Shown piece after piece: positions 33,998 to 43,195 of a DNA stretch of 47,160 nucleotides (position 1 is the first letter of the stretch; each line of letters starts with the position of its first letter). The notes under the pieces were generated by a model. It was not told the origin of the DNA. It made no database searches and worked only from the letters and a program-made list of their open reading frames with translations. The DNA is taken from positions 1 through 47,160 of IMG/VR virus record IMGVR_UViG_3300026737_000012. One strand, written 5' to 3'. Origin of the DNA: a virus (lineage: Duplodnaviria > Caudoviricetes). Both the position numbers and the translations under genes were made by a program.

Positions 33998-34662
33998 TAA
34001 GCACTCTCCTCATAATCATTAATTTTGTTATAAAAAGTTCTTTTGCAAATACCTTTAATCTCACAGATTTCTTTAACGGTTTTTCCTTCTCCTCTCATTT
34101 TTAATAATTCTTCGGGGTCGATATCTTTATAACTTGGGTGATTAATCGGGTTAGAAAATCTTTTTTTAGCAGCTTTACTCATTTTATTTTTGGTTGATGC
34201 TGATAAAACTCTTTGTTTGTTATGCTTGGCAGTATGTTCACCAAATTTCATTAACTGCAAATTTTCTATTCTATTATCATCTTTTATTTCGTTTTTATGG
34301 TGTACGATTTCATCATCTTTTAATAATCTCCCTAAATTTTCTTCCATAACTAATCTATGTTCCATTACATAACCTCTTGTTGTCGAATTTGGATGATCAG
34401 GCGAATAAATCATTTTATACCCTTTCCCAGTATAGTGAACACCACCGTTCCAATTAGCCCCACCTGAACCACTAAACCTTTCTGACTTACTTTCCTTTAG
34501 ATATTCTTTAGATTTATTTATTTTTAATCTATTAGCCTTATGCTGAATTGCAGTTACAGTTCTATTAAATATTTTAGATAATCTTTTATTTGAATAATTG
34601 GGATAAAGTCTGATTAATTGTTTTTCTTCTTTATCAGTCCACAATCTTCCCCTAGCCATCAT
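33997..34662 (-). CDS. Free-standing HNH homing endonuclease
   Basis: NWNGG, GYVMEHRLVME..LGR.L...E.VHHKN..K.DNR.ENL; NUMOD3-like TK.KMS. Confidence 0.88.
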   Translation of the reverse strand: MMARGRLWTDKEEKQLIRLYPNYSNKRLSKIFNRTVTAIQHKANRLKINKSKEYLKESKSERFSGSGGANWNGGVHYTGKGYKMIYSPDHPNSTTRGYVMEHRLVMEENLGRLLKDDEIVHHKNEIKDDNRIENLQLMKFGEHTAKHNKQRVLSASTKNKMSKAAKKRFSNPINHPSYKDIDPEELLKMRGEGKTVKEICEIKGICKRTFYNKINDYEESA

Positions 34663-35003
34663 TCATCAGCTCCTTTTTCTCTAATTGCTCTAACCTTTTC
34701 CAATCTTTCTTCTGCTATTTTAACTGCTTTTTCGTGAGATTTTGATTGAGCTATTTTTTCTAAACCAGCTAACATAATATCGTGAATTACATCATCTTTT
34801 GGAAATTCCTTCGGCTCATATTTTTCATCATCAAATAAAATTTTATCCATATAATTTGCCATCGTTAACCCTCTCCTTTTTCTACTCGCAATTTTAGATT
34901 TTTCGAAAATATCCATATTCTTTTCTATTTGTTCCCGAGACTCCGCTTCACACCACTGGGTATCATCCTGCATATACAAAAGCATTTCTATATACTTACC
35001 CAT
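34659..35003 (-). CDS. Hypothetical protein
   Basis: ORF track; coupled. Confidence 0.55.
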   Translation of the reverse strand: MGKYIEMLLYMQDDTQWCEAESREQIEKNMDIFEKSKIASRKRRGLTMANYMDKILFDDEKYEPKEFPKDDVIHDIMLAGLEKIAQSKSHEKAVKIAEERLEKVRAIREKGADE

Positions 35004-35319
35004 CTTGATTGCTGCCTTTGGCTTTATTAATCACTAACCTCAATTTTCTTTCCCACTCATGCTTTTTACATGTGAATCCATTGTAAGAATCGCATTCACA
35101 AGGTAAACTTTCGACTATTTTTAAGCTATACTCTGCAATATCCAACAATTCTGGTGCGGCCTCAATTAATGGTGCATCATTTTTGATATTGCATGCCGGC
35201 GCAATAACTCCTATCAATCTAGTTTCTTCAAATTTTTCACCTGGATGAGTCATTTCATATTTACCGTCATAGCATTCTTGTAATTTCCATGGTCCTGGTG
35301 TATGTTCTCCCATAATCAA
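34996..35319 (-). CDS. HTPGPW...LIxAAPELL family phage protein
   Basis: Motifs visible in the translation. Confidence 0.7.
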   Translation of the reverse strand: MIMGEHTPGPWKLQECYDGKYEMTHPGEKFEETRLIGVIAPACNIKNDAPLIEAAPELLDIAEYSLKIVESLPCECDSYNGFTCKKHEWERKLRLVINKAKGSNQDG

Positions 35320-35660
35320 ACCTCCACTTCTTTGAGTAAAGCCTCTATAGTTTCAAAAGTATCAGCCTGAACTGCATTAGCCATTTGAATATCCTGAAGC
35401 ACTCCTTCTAAGAGATTCCTCATTGCAGGAGCTCTTGAAATTAATTTAGGTATTGCCCTTAAATCATCTTTTGTTTCCTTATCAGCTACAAATCTAGCTA
35501 CCAACTTATCTTCATTGTTTCTGACATCAAAAATATAATACATTGATCTTCTGTATTCATCTAAAAGCCAGGGGCCTTTAATAGAGTCTAATTTATCGCT
35601 GTTTTCTTCATCTTTGAAAATATCATTTACTAAATCTTCAAGTTCTTTATTATTAGTCAT
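35316..35660 (-). CDS. GPW...LI..AP family phage protein
   Basis: KGPW and LISRAPAM motifs. Confidence 0.6.
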   Translation of the reverse strand: MTNNKELEDLVNDIFKDEENSDKLDSIKGPWLLDEYRRSMYYIFDVRNNEDKLVARFVADKETKDDLRAIPKLISRAPAMRNLLEGVLQDIQMANAVQADTFETIEALLKEVEV

Positions 35661-36084
35661 TGTTTTCCTCCCGTTTTTCTATTTTATTTATCATATTCAA
35701 AACACTCTCTTTCATAGGTTCCCAGAGCAAGTTATATTTGGAGCCTAAAATCATACTCATAGTATCGCCATTAAACTTAATTAAACCTATTCCTCTTTTA
35801 GAACATTTCTCAATATATTTGTCTTTGAAATTTGTTTCTTCCGGCATTATAATCCATGAAAAATTAGAACTTTTTCTGTGATCTCTGGCCTGCTCATAAG
35901 CTTTTTTCTTGTCATGCAACTTATATTCAACTGTTATAAGCAATTCTTCTATCTCAATCAAGGCATCAACACATCTACCCGAAATAGGAAACTCCTCATG
36001 AACTTTATAACCCATATTTCTGAAATGATTATTGCATAAAACAGCCATCTCCCTTTCTGTTTTGAACATTATTCTCTCCTCCAT
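35653..36084 (-). CDS. Putative PD-(D/E)XK nuclease-fold protein (MmcB-like)
   Basis: E......VD......VEYK......A..QA.......WI+MP...GIGLI. Confidence 0.6.
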   Translation of the reverse strand: MEERIMFKTEREMAVLCNNHFRNMGYKVHEEFPISGRCVDALIEIEELLITVEYKLHDKKKAYEQARDHRKSSNFSWIIMPEETNFKDKYIEKCSKRGIGLIKFNGDTMSMILGSKYNLLWEPMKESVLNMINKIEKREENND

Positions 36085-36473
36085 TTACCATAATTATTAT
36101 CTGCTATATCTTTAATGTCATCTAGCAGTTCATTTAAAGAGTCTTTGCTTAAATTTTCAGGCCTAAATTCTATCATTGCGGATATACCCTCAAATTCAGA
36201 GTCCATTTCTTGATGTTCTTCTAAAATTTTATCTTTGACTATTTTGTAATCATGCTCTTGAAGCCACTTGTGGAATTTATAGGCTTCACATTGATTTTTA
36301 CAAAACGGTTTAGCGAAAACCTTAGATAGTTCTTTGCTCAATTCTGTCCCGTTACCATTATCAATTAAATCCTGTATGTCACACTCAACATCTTTGCAAT
36401 ATTCTCTGCTCTGATATTCTACCAAATTAATCACCACCCTCCCACGGCACCAGTTCTGGATTAGCCAGTGCAT
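36069..36473 (-). CDS. Hypothetical Cys-containing protein (start uncertain)
   Basis: YC....C ... C...C.AY.FH.WL. Confidence 0.6.
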   Translation of the reverse strand: MHWLIQNWCRGRVVINLVEYQSREYCKDVECDIQDLIDNGNGTELSKELSKVFAKPFCKNQCEAYKFHKWLQEHDYKIVKDKILEEHQEMDSEFEGISAMIEFRPENLSKDSLNELLDDIKDIADNNYGKWRRE

Positions 36474-36819
36474 TGCCTATCTTTTCGAGTTCATCCCAGT
36501 GGTCATATAAATCTGCATACTCTATCAAATCTTTAAATTCTGGATTAAATCTCTTATAACGATTGATTTGATAGCTGCCTTTCTCAAACTCAACAACAAA
36601 CACTGAACCATTTTCAGTTTTCAGCAGGTCTTTATCATAGATATCAGCAAAACCAGTGTGATAAAGGATTTCTACTTCATCAAAGTTTCTGTAAGAATAG
36701 CCGTCTGAAAAGCCTTCTTCCGTATAATTCTTTAATACTATTTTGTTTTGCCCATAATCTATTAAATCAACCTTCTTGATGCTTTCAGCTACTTTATCAA
36801 AAGCTTTTATTTTTCTCAT
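36427..36819 (-). CDS. YopX family protein
   Basis: R.IK.FDK, TG..DIY+.D, E.IGN...NPEL. Confidence 0.75.
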   Translation of the reverse strand: MRKIKAFDKVAESIKKVDLIDYGQNKIVLKNYTEEGFSDGYSYRNFDEVEILYHTGFADIYDKDLLKTENGSVFVVEFEKGSYQINRYKRFNPEFKDLIEYADLYDHWDELEKIGNALANPELVPWEGGD

Positions 36820-36821
36820 AA

Positions 36822-37379
36822 TTAAACTCCTCCCAGTATTAGTTCAGTATTAACTTTCTTAAACTTCTTTTTCTCTTTCCTTGCCCCAACCACATCCATT
36901 GAGTCCTGGTATTTGCCGCTATAAACCTGATCAGGTTTTCTTTTCATCTCTAGAAACACCAGCTGACCGATTAGCATTCCGGGATGCAGCTGCATAATAT
37001 TACTCGAGTCATTAACTATTTCAAGAGTGACTTTTCCCCGGTAACCTGGATCAATCCATCCGGCCGTGATATGTACCCTTATTCCCCATCTGGCAAAAGT
37101 AGACTTACCGGCAAGCATTGCGGTCAAATTATCGGGCACGCGAATAAACTCATCAGTAACCCCTAAAACAAATTCGCCCGGCTTAAGCAGCTTCTCTTCA
37201 ACTGAAACAGGTCTATACTCCATCTTGTCGACAGTAGGGTCCATTACTCTGCCTTTGAATTTCTCAACTAAAAACTTATCTCCTAAAGTGATATCCAGTG
37301 ATGCCGGCTGTAAATTTTCCTCTTTAAATGGTTCAATATTATCTCTTAATGGTCTGATCATATTATCTGGTAAAATCAT
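36822..37379 (-). CDS. dcd: dCTP deaminase
   Basis: QPASLD+.L, PGEFVL..T.E, GKST.AR.G+.VH.TAG.IDPGY.G..TLE, QLVF, KYQ. Confidence 0.92.
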   Translation of the reverse strand: MILPDNMIRPLRDNIEPFKEENLQPASLDITLGDKFLVEKFKGRVMDPTVDKMEYRPVSVEEKLLKPGEFVLGVTDEFIRVPDNLTAMLAGKSTFARWGIRVHITAGWIDPGYRGKVTLEIVNDSSNIMQLHPGMLIGQLVFLEMKRKPDQVYSGKYQDSMDVVGARKEKKKFKKVNTELILGGV

Positions 37380-37397
37380 TTATATCATCCTCTCTAT

Positions 37398-38015
37398 TTA
37401 TTTTCTTCCGCTTTTGTTAGGTACCAATCCTGCTATTTTGCAGGCCTCTTTATAATTATCAAAATAAGTATAGACTCTATGTCTTTTAACTCCATTTTCT
37501 ACAGCCTCTTTAAGTGTTGGTGTATCTTTAATTTCTTCAGCAGTATTTCTAATTATTTCTATAATTTCTCTTTCTTCTTCCTCTAAACTTTCTATTTCTT
37601 CTTTGTTCTCTTTGAATATAGAATCAAATCCCTGACATTTCCCCTCGGAATTAAGGATCGGATCATTGATGTCGTCAAATGACTCGCATTCTCCATTATC
37701 ATAATGGCTGCAAATATCTTTCATGCAGGGAGAATCAAAAATAATTTCTTCATAATTCGGTAGTTTGGGAGAATTTGCATTACCATTTTCTGATGTTGTA
37801 ATCTTTTCTTCAGGTACTTTTTCAACCTGCTCCTTATCAAAATAATCGTTATACTGCATCTTAGCTTCTGCCTTGACCTCCACTATTCTACCTTCTGACT
37901 GGTATTCTCCGACCAGCTGCTTCATTCTCTGCTTTGCTGCAGGTGCTTCCTTCTCTTCTGCCATATCTATATAATTTTCAACATTTGGATTCTGCTTAAC
38001 TTGAATAATATACAT
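37398..38015 (-). CDS. Hypothetical protein with C-terminal homing-endonuclease-associated-repeat-like domain
   Basis: TPT...YF..Y.EA...AGL.PN. Confidence 0.55.
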   Translation of the reverse strand: MYIIQVKQNPNVENYIDMAEEKEAPAAKQRMKQLVGEYQSEGRIVEVKAEAKMQYNDYFDKEQVEKVPEEKITTSENGNANSPKLPNYEEIIFDSPCMKDICSHYDNGECESFDDINDPILNSEGKCQGFDSIFKENKEEIESLEEEEREIIEIIRNTAEEIKDTPTLKEAVENGVKRHRVYTYFDNYKEACKIAGLVPNKSGRK

Positions 38016-38335
38016 TAATTTTCCTCCTCAAATTTTGCTATTAATTTTTTACTCATTGCTTTTGCCTTTTCATCACTTATTGGTTTATATAAATTAGCAA
38101 CATTTTTGCTATGGTAAGTAATGAATCTCCAATAGTCTGTTTTGGGTATATGCCTTATTCTTCTCTCTTGTAGGATTTCAGCAACTATAATCCTGCTTCC
38201 TGTAGGATATTCACCGTCATAACGAGCATACTCCTCAATACTTTCTTGACAATCTTTTGCTAATTGAATAGCTTCTTCCTCGGTTTCGACAATATCGAAC
38301 TGCCTATCCACCATTTCATAAACAAAATACATCAC
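38015..38335 (-). CDS. Hypothetical protein
   Basis: ORF track; coupled. Confidence 0.55.
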   Translation of the reverse strand: MMYFVYEMVDRQFDIVETEEEAIQLAKDCQESIEEYARYDGEYPTGSRIIVAEILQERRIRHIPKTDYWRFITYHSKNVANLYKPISDEKAKAMSKKLIAKFEEEN

Positions 38336-38541
38336 TTTTCCTCCTTAGGTTTTATAAATCTTTCAAAATTCTTTTGCCTTTCTTCTCTCAAAAATTTGCG
38401 ATAGCATTTAACTTTATGCTTCTCCCAAACCAGGTCTTCGTTTAATTTTTCTATTAATCCGCTTTGCTGAGTAATTTGCTGATCAAGGACAATGTAAGTT
38501 ACAGCAAATCCAATAAGTAACCCGATTATTAAATTAATCAT
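38332..38541 (-). CDS. Small protein with N-terminal TM helix
   Basis: LIIGLLIGFAVTYIVL; AGGAGG SD. Confidence 0.65.
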   Translation of the reverse strand: MINLIIGLLIGFAVTYIVLDQQITQQSGLIEKLNEDLVWEKHKVKCYRKFLREERQKNFERFIKPKEEK

Positions 38542-38794
38542 TTATCCTCCTTTTAAACTCTATCCTTATCTAAACCATCCCTCACGCCATCCTCATAACC
38601 TTTCTGATAACTATCTACTGCAAATATTCCTAATATCAGCATTCCTGCAAACCCACCAATGAAAAATGCAACTAACTCACTCAAAGTCTGGCACCTTCCT
38701 TTCAAAATATTCTTCTATCTCTTCCCTGATGATTTCTCTAATTTTATTTGTTAACTCCTCTTCAAAAGCATCTACTAACTTTTCAAGCTCTTTT

Positions 38795-39043
38795 TCAGTC
38801 ATTTGCTGCCTCCTCAAAAAGCGGATCCATTAGATATTCATTAGGAGCTGAGCAATTAATTGTCTGTCTTTCTATGATGTCTCCATCACTATCTCTGCCT
38901 GAGTAATACTCGCAAGTATCATCAAAATCAATATGTCCTGGAACACAACCTCTTCTCGGCCCATTAATTCTCATTTCTCCTTTTACCGGACAGTCAACAT
39001 AATAATCACAATTTTTCTTGTAAGGTTTTATCTTCATTTTCAA
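38795..39043 (-). CDS. Hypothetical Cys-containing protein
   Basis: ORF track; GAGGAAGG SD. Confidence 0.55.
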   Translation of the reverse strand: MKMKIKPYKKNCDYYVDCPVKGEMRINGPRRGCVPGHIDFDDTCEYYSGRDSDGDIIERQTINCSAPNEYLMDPLFEEAAND

Positions 39044-39141
39044 CCTTCCTCTCAGACTCTTCTATAATCTGTTCTATCTGTGATTCATTTAGCTGCGGAT
39101 GATCTCTAATCAGCTTTTCTTTTAGGTCCATGTCTACCTCC

Positions 39142-39315
39142 TTAAAATATACTGTTGCCTTTTTCGTCTATCACATCATCAATGCTATATATTGCCTCAT
39201 AACTTTCTCCACATTCATTGCAAGTTATAACCACCACTTGATTGCTCTCATCACTTATTAATGTCATTTCTGGCTCACTGAAATCCAATTCTTTTTCGCA
39301 CTTTTTGCACTTCAT
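39142..39315 (-). CDS. 57-aa zinc-ribbon protein
   Basis: Manual: MKCKKCEKELDF...ITCNECGESY; GGAGG SD. Confidence 0.7.
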   Translation of the reverse strand: MKCKKCEKELDFSEPEMTLISDESNQVVVITCNECGESYEAIYSIDDVIDEKGNSIF

Positions 39316-39325
39316 TTTGACCTCC

Positions 39326-39553
39326 TTAAAAAAGAATCATTTTCCCATCTTCATGCAGCTTAATCTCTTTCTCAATCTTTTCACACTTACTTGCTGGTGA
39401 TAAATTAATCTGATTTAAATTACCGTTTACTGCAATTCTTAACCAGGTTTCCTGATTCGATTCGTGATAATCAGCCTGAACTATCACCCCTTCAATAGTT
39501 TTGTCTCCAGTCCCGAAGTGAAATTCTCTTTTAACTGAATCGCCTTCTTTCAT
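39326..39553 (-). CDS. Hypothetical protein
   Basis: ORF track; ATGA coupling. Confidence 0.55.
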   Translation of the reverse strand: MKEGDSVKREFHFGTGDKTIEGVIVQADYHESNQETWLRIAVNGNLNQINLSPASKCEKIEKEIKLHEDGKMILF

Positions 39554-39804
39554 CTTGCAGCCTTCAATTTTTCATTGACCTCTAGCCTGATATTGTTCTT
39601 ATCCTCGCTTAACTCAAAGTCTAATTCCTTATTTGCAGAGCTCATAACATTTTCAAGAACTTCTCTAACTCTTTCGATTGGCTTTTCTGGATTGTTGTAA
39701 ATAAATTGATTTATCATTTGCCTTAAATCCATTTCCAAAATTTCATCATCAACCCCTTTAATGATGACCCCTTTAACCATGTTTCTTCCTAATATTTCGC
39801 TCAC
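39550..39804 (-). CDS. Hypothetical protein
   Basis: ORF track; GTGA coupling. Confidence 0.55.
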   Translation of the reverse strand: MSEILGRNMVKGVIIKGVDDEILEMDLRQMINQFIYNNPEKPIERVREVLENVMSSANKELDFELSEDKNNIRLEVNEKLKAAR

Positions 39805-40031
39805 AACTGTCCCTCCTCGTATATAATGGCTTGTTTCTTTTCACTGTATTTATAATTTTTGCATTCCATCAACTCAGCATGGATAAGTTTATCGGGTGGG
39901 GTTTCAATAAATTTTCTAACATCCGGAACATTTAATTCTACTTCTCCAACGAAATTGCATTTGCCAGAACTATTTCTTTCTTTTGATTTATTATGAACAC
40001 ACATCATCCAGGGGCATTTAATTTCTGGCAT
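39801..40031 (-). CDS. Small Cys-rich phage protein
   Basis: C....C.HN......C...C..Y pattern. Confidence 0.6.
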   Translation of the reverse strand: MPEIKCPWMMCVHNKSKERNSSGKCNFVGEVELNVPDVRKFIETPPDKLIHAELMECKNYKYSEKKQAIIYEEGQL

Positions 40032-40034
40032 TGA

Positions 40035-40448
40035 TTAATCCTCCTTTAATAATTCCGAGTTTTGATGTTTGCTACCTACAACCTCTGATTTTTTCCAATC
40101 ATGCCTATAAAACCTTGTTTCTGTTCCGATTTCATTTGACTCATAATTATTTCTATTTAACTTTTTCATGACAAAGCTTGCTAATTTATTATCATATTTT
40201 ATTAAATAATATCTATTACCTAATTTATATTTCTGGTTTATAATATCGCCTTCATAAATATCTCTGCCGCTTTTATCTTTTGAGCCTGTATATAAATCTC
40301 TGCTTATTAACTCATACCCACTATTGTGGTGTGCTCTTATTATTTTTTTGGCTTTTCCCTTTTCGATGAAGTCTAATGTTAAATAATTGAATAAATAATG
40401 CTCGCCTTTCACTCCTTTAAAAACGTACCTGAACTTTAATTTCTTCAA
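40035..40448 (-). CDS. YopX family protein
   Basis: KFR, YTG.KDK.G.+IYEGDII, EVVG..H.N.ELL. Confidence 0.85.
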   Translation of the reverse strand: MKKLKFRYVFKGVKGEHYLFNYLTLDFIEKGKAKKIIRAHHNSGYELISRDLYTGSKDKSGRDIYEGDIINQKYKLGNRYYLIKYDNKLASFVMKKLNRNNYESNEIGTETRFYRHDWKKSEVVGSKHQNSELLKED

Positions 40449-40654
40449 TTCTCATTCCTCCTTTTATGATCAGCTGTAAATCCATATCTCTTAACGCATC
40501 TAACAAATGGACAAGCTCCTTGCTTTACATCGTTTTTAGTCCTATTTTTCTGGCCCTTAAATGGATACCAGACACAATTCTCGCAGTGACTATCACTAAC
40601 CAACTTAGACATAATTTCACTCCTTGCAAACGACATTATATTTTTGGATTTCAT
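40445..40654 (-). CDS. Small Cys-containing hypothetical protein
   Basis: CENCVW...CPF.RC. Confidence 0.55.
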   Translation of the reverse strand: MKSKNIMSFARSEIMSKLVSDSHCENCVWYPFKGQKNRTKNDVKQGACPFVRCVKRYGFTADHKRRNEN

Positions 40655-40958
40655 CTAAATACTCGTCAACTTTATTGATTTTATCGCCTATATCAATAAG
40701 GTTATTTACAGTTTCGAGATTTTTAGTGCTTAAATCTTTATGAACTTCATCTAATATATCTTTAGCCTCCAAAACTAATTTTTCCCTTTCTTCCCGGTTA
40801 CAGTATTCTTCATACTCCTTAACCACCTTATCTATACGATCACCGGTCACCATTCCAATTTCACCCTGTGCCTGAGCTTGATAAGTTATATTTACCATCT
40901 TCTCAAATAATTCTTTCATTTTATCCATTTTTAGTCCTCCTGTAGCTTTCGCCGTCAA
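40617..40958 (-). CDS. Hypothetical protein (likely start 40928)
   Basis: GGAGG SD before the internal ATG. Confidence 0.55.
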   Translation of the reverse strand: MTAKATGGLKMDKMKELFEKMVNITYQAQAQGEIGMVTGDRIDKVVKEYEEYCNREEREKLVLEAKDILDEVHKDLSTKNLETVNNLIDIGDKINKVDEYLDEIQKYNVVCKE

Positions 40959-41682
40959 ACCTGATAAAGTATTTACCTCTTTCTGCTGCTTCGGTCATCC
41001 GATCAACAACTCTCGGAGAAATATGTTTGGTTAATTCTGACCCACTTAAGTTAGTTGTAATAATAGTTGGGAGTAGTTCGTTATATCTATGATTTAAAAC
41101 TAAATACATTTTTTCTTGCTGCCATTCAGAGGCTTTCTCAGTTCCTAGATCATCAATTATTAATAATTTAGCTCTCTTATATCCATTCATCAGAGTTTTT
41201 TCATCCTCTGAGTCACTGTCATAGCTATCTCTTATCGCTTGTATCATTTCTGAGCTTGATATAAACTTTACAGGTGAGCTTCCAGAATAAACTGTACTTC
41301 TTGACTTTTCTGCAGCCTTTTCAGCGAAATATCTTAATGATCTTCTTCCAGCTGCTAAAGCTAAATGAGTTTTACCAAGGCCATAACTGCCAGCCAAAAC
41401 TAACCAGGTCCCTTTTTTAAACCTCTCATTGAAATCCTCTGCATAATTTTTTACTTTAAAAAATGCTTTATCATTGCCATATTCCAAATTAAAATTATCA
41501 AATGTTTTATTTTTAAACCGCTTAGGAACTTTAAACTGCTTAACCATGTCCTGAAGCAATAATTCAGTCTGTCTTTCTTTGCTAATTAAATTATTCGTCT
41601 TGGTCGAAGAGTCCGTCGACTTCTGCTCCGATTTTTTCTTCTTCAGTTGAGTAACTGTCTCCTTGAACTTGTTTTCCTCCAT
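40921..41682 (-). CDS. DnaC/IstB-like helicase loader ATPase
   Basis: GSYGLGKTHLA, LLIIDDLG.E, RY...LPTIITTNL, F.GESYR. Confidence 0.92.
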   Translation of the reverse strand: MEENKFKETVTQLKKKKSEQKSTDSSTKTNNLISKERQTELLLQDMVKQFKVPKRFKNKTFDNFNLEYGNDKAFFKVKNYAEDFNERFKKGTWLVLAGSYGLGKTHLALAAGRRSLRYFAEKAAEKSRSTVYSGSSPVKFISSSEMIQAIRDSYDSDSEDEKTLMNGYKRAKLLIIDDLGTEKASEWQQEKMYLVLNHRYNELLPTIITTNLSGSELTKHISPRVVDRMTEAAERGKYFIRFDGESYRRTKNG

Positions 41683-42457
41683 TATTGGCCTCCTTTGGAT
41701 GTGGCTGATTTAAATAACCTTCAAATTTAGTGCCGAATAAAGTTCTGGGTCTTAAATATTTTGACATATCAGAATCATGCAGCCATTCAGCACATTTTTT
41801 ATCAACAACCTCTTTGAAATCTTTTAATTCAAATCCTTCATTCCATCTGCCTGAAATATGTCTTTGAGTTGCTTGACTTGTTGGTTTAAAATTTCTATCA
41901 GCTTTTTGATTCAAATAATTGACGATCTCTGCATAGGGTATATTATCTTTATTATTATCATTCTTTACATTCTTAACATTATTATCTTTATTGTTTGTTT
42001 TGTTAGGCGTTTGTTCACCGTTTGTCGAGCGTTTGTCAGGCGTTTGTTCACCTTCTGGCACCCTTTTGTCACCCTTTTGACTAAAGCCGCTTTCTTCTTG
42101 ACATGACAATGTTGAGGGCTTTTGATATTTCTCCCAATTCAATATTTTTATAATTGAAAATTTACCTTGATAAGTGCTAGTGTCATATTTAATCATTCCA
42201 TCTTTCTCAAACATTTTTACCGTTCTATACAATTTATCTCTCGATACATTTATTGCATTTGCAAATTTTATTGTTCCAAATATTAATTCTCCTGGACTTA
42301 ATTCTACCAATTCATAACCAACATTCATTTTGTGTTTTTGGTGACTGGCCTTGCTTAATAAAGTTATCCATATTTTTAGTTTCTCGGGGTCATCATAAAC
42401 CCAGTGATCTAATAATTCTCTGTGCAGTTTTATCCAGCCATTCCCCATAACTTCCAC
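41591..42457 (-). CDS. Phage replication initiator protein
   Basis: GWIKLHR N-terminus; IVNYLN...YLRP.TLFG.KFEGYLN conserved C-terminal domain; upstream of the DnaC-like gene. Confidence 0.88.
   Translation of the reverse strand: MEVMGNGWIKLHRELLDHWVYDDPEKLKIWITLLSKASHQKHKMNVGYELVELSPGELIFGTIKFANAINVSRDKLYRTVKMFEKDGMIKYDTSTYQGKFSIIKILNWEKYQKPSTLSCQEESGFSQKGDKRVPEGEQTPDKRSTNGEQTPNKTNNKDNNVKNVKNDNNKDNIPYAEIVNYLNQKADRNFKPTSQATQRHISGRWNEGFELKDFKEVVDKKCAEWLHDSDMSKYLRPRTLFGTKFEGYLNQPHPKEANNGGKQVQGDSYSTEEEKIGAEVDGLFDQDE
41941..42080. promoter_or_regulatory. Probable phage replication origin (11-bp iterons plus AT-rich repeats) inside the initiator gene
   Basis: CGTTTGT at 42008, 42019, 42030, 42041; CTTTTG at 42063, 42074; adjacent AT-rich 9-bp-period tract. 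Confidence 0.75.
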
Positions 42458-42475
42458 TGATTATGACACCCCCTC

Positions 42476-43195
42476 TCAAGCTATCTTAACCATCTTTCCG
42501 GTTAATTGTTGTATCTCTCTTTTAAACTGTTTAGCATCTGAATTCCTATCTGACAAGTGAAGCAGCCAAATTTCATTTACTTTTGATAGATCATTAACCT
42601 TAAGAAAATCTTTAACATTTTTTAAACTGAAATGACTTTTTAGCAGTCTATTCTTCTGAACCATCAGAACTCTACCCGCTGCTATATTTTCATCAAGTAT
42701 CTTTTTGCTGTAGTTACATTCAATCATGATGTAATTCAAATCATTAAACTTAAACTTACTGTAAAAACTATCAGTAATATAAACTAACTTATCGCCTGTT
42801 TCCCTGCTCCAGAGTAAGTAATTAAATGGCTCTGCAGCATCATGTTCTGCTTCAAATGGTTTAACTATCCAGCTGCCAATTTTAAATGGATCATAAAGCT
42901 TATGAGTAACTAATCTGTGATTATCTTCAGTAAATTCATCATCAATTAAAGCCTTTTTAGTACCTGAGCTCATATGACAGTTAATTCCTGCTCTAGTTAC
43001 CTCATTTAAAGCTTTGCAGTGGTCCTTGTGTTCATGGGTTATCAAACATCCTTCTATCTCTGACAATCTAAATTCTAGCCCTTCCTGCAGCTTCTTATAT
43101 GGAATTCCACATTCCAGGAGTAAGGGTGTCTTAAAATCAGACACCCTGTAGGCATTTCCTGAGCTCCCGGAAGCTAAGGATTTAATTTCTAGCAT
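42476..43195 (-). CDS. Metallo-beta-lactamase-fold hydrolase (phage exonuclease-type)
   Basis: LASGSSGN.Y, THEH.DH, HDAAEP, TDS, IECNY, H.S, LLHLS..N. Confidence 0.9.
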   Translation of the reverse strand: MLEIKSLASGSSGNAYRVSDFKTPLLLECGIPYKKLQEGLEFRLSEIEGCLITHEHKDHCKALNEVTRAGINCHMSSGTKKALIDDEFTEDNHRLVTHKLYDPFKIGSWIVKPFEAEHDAAEPFNYLLWSRETGDKLVYITDSFYSKFKFNDLNYIMIECNYSKKILDENIAAGRVLMVQKNRLLKSHFSLKNVKDFLKVNDLSKVNEIWLLHLSDRNSDAKQFKREIQQLTGKMVKIA

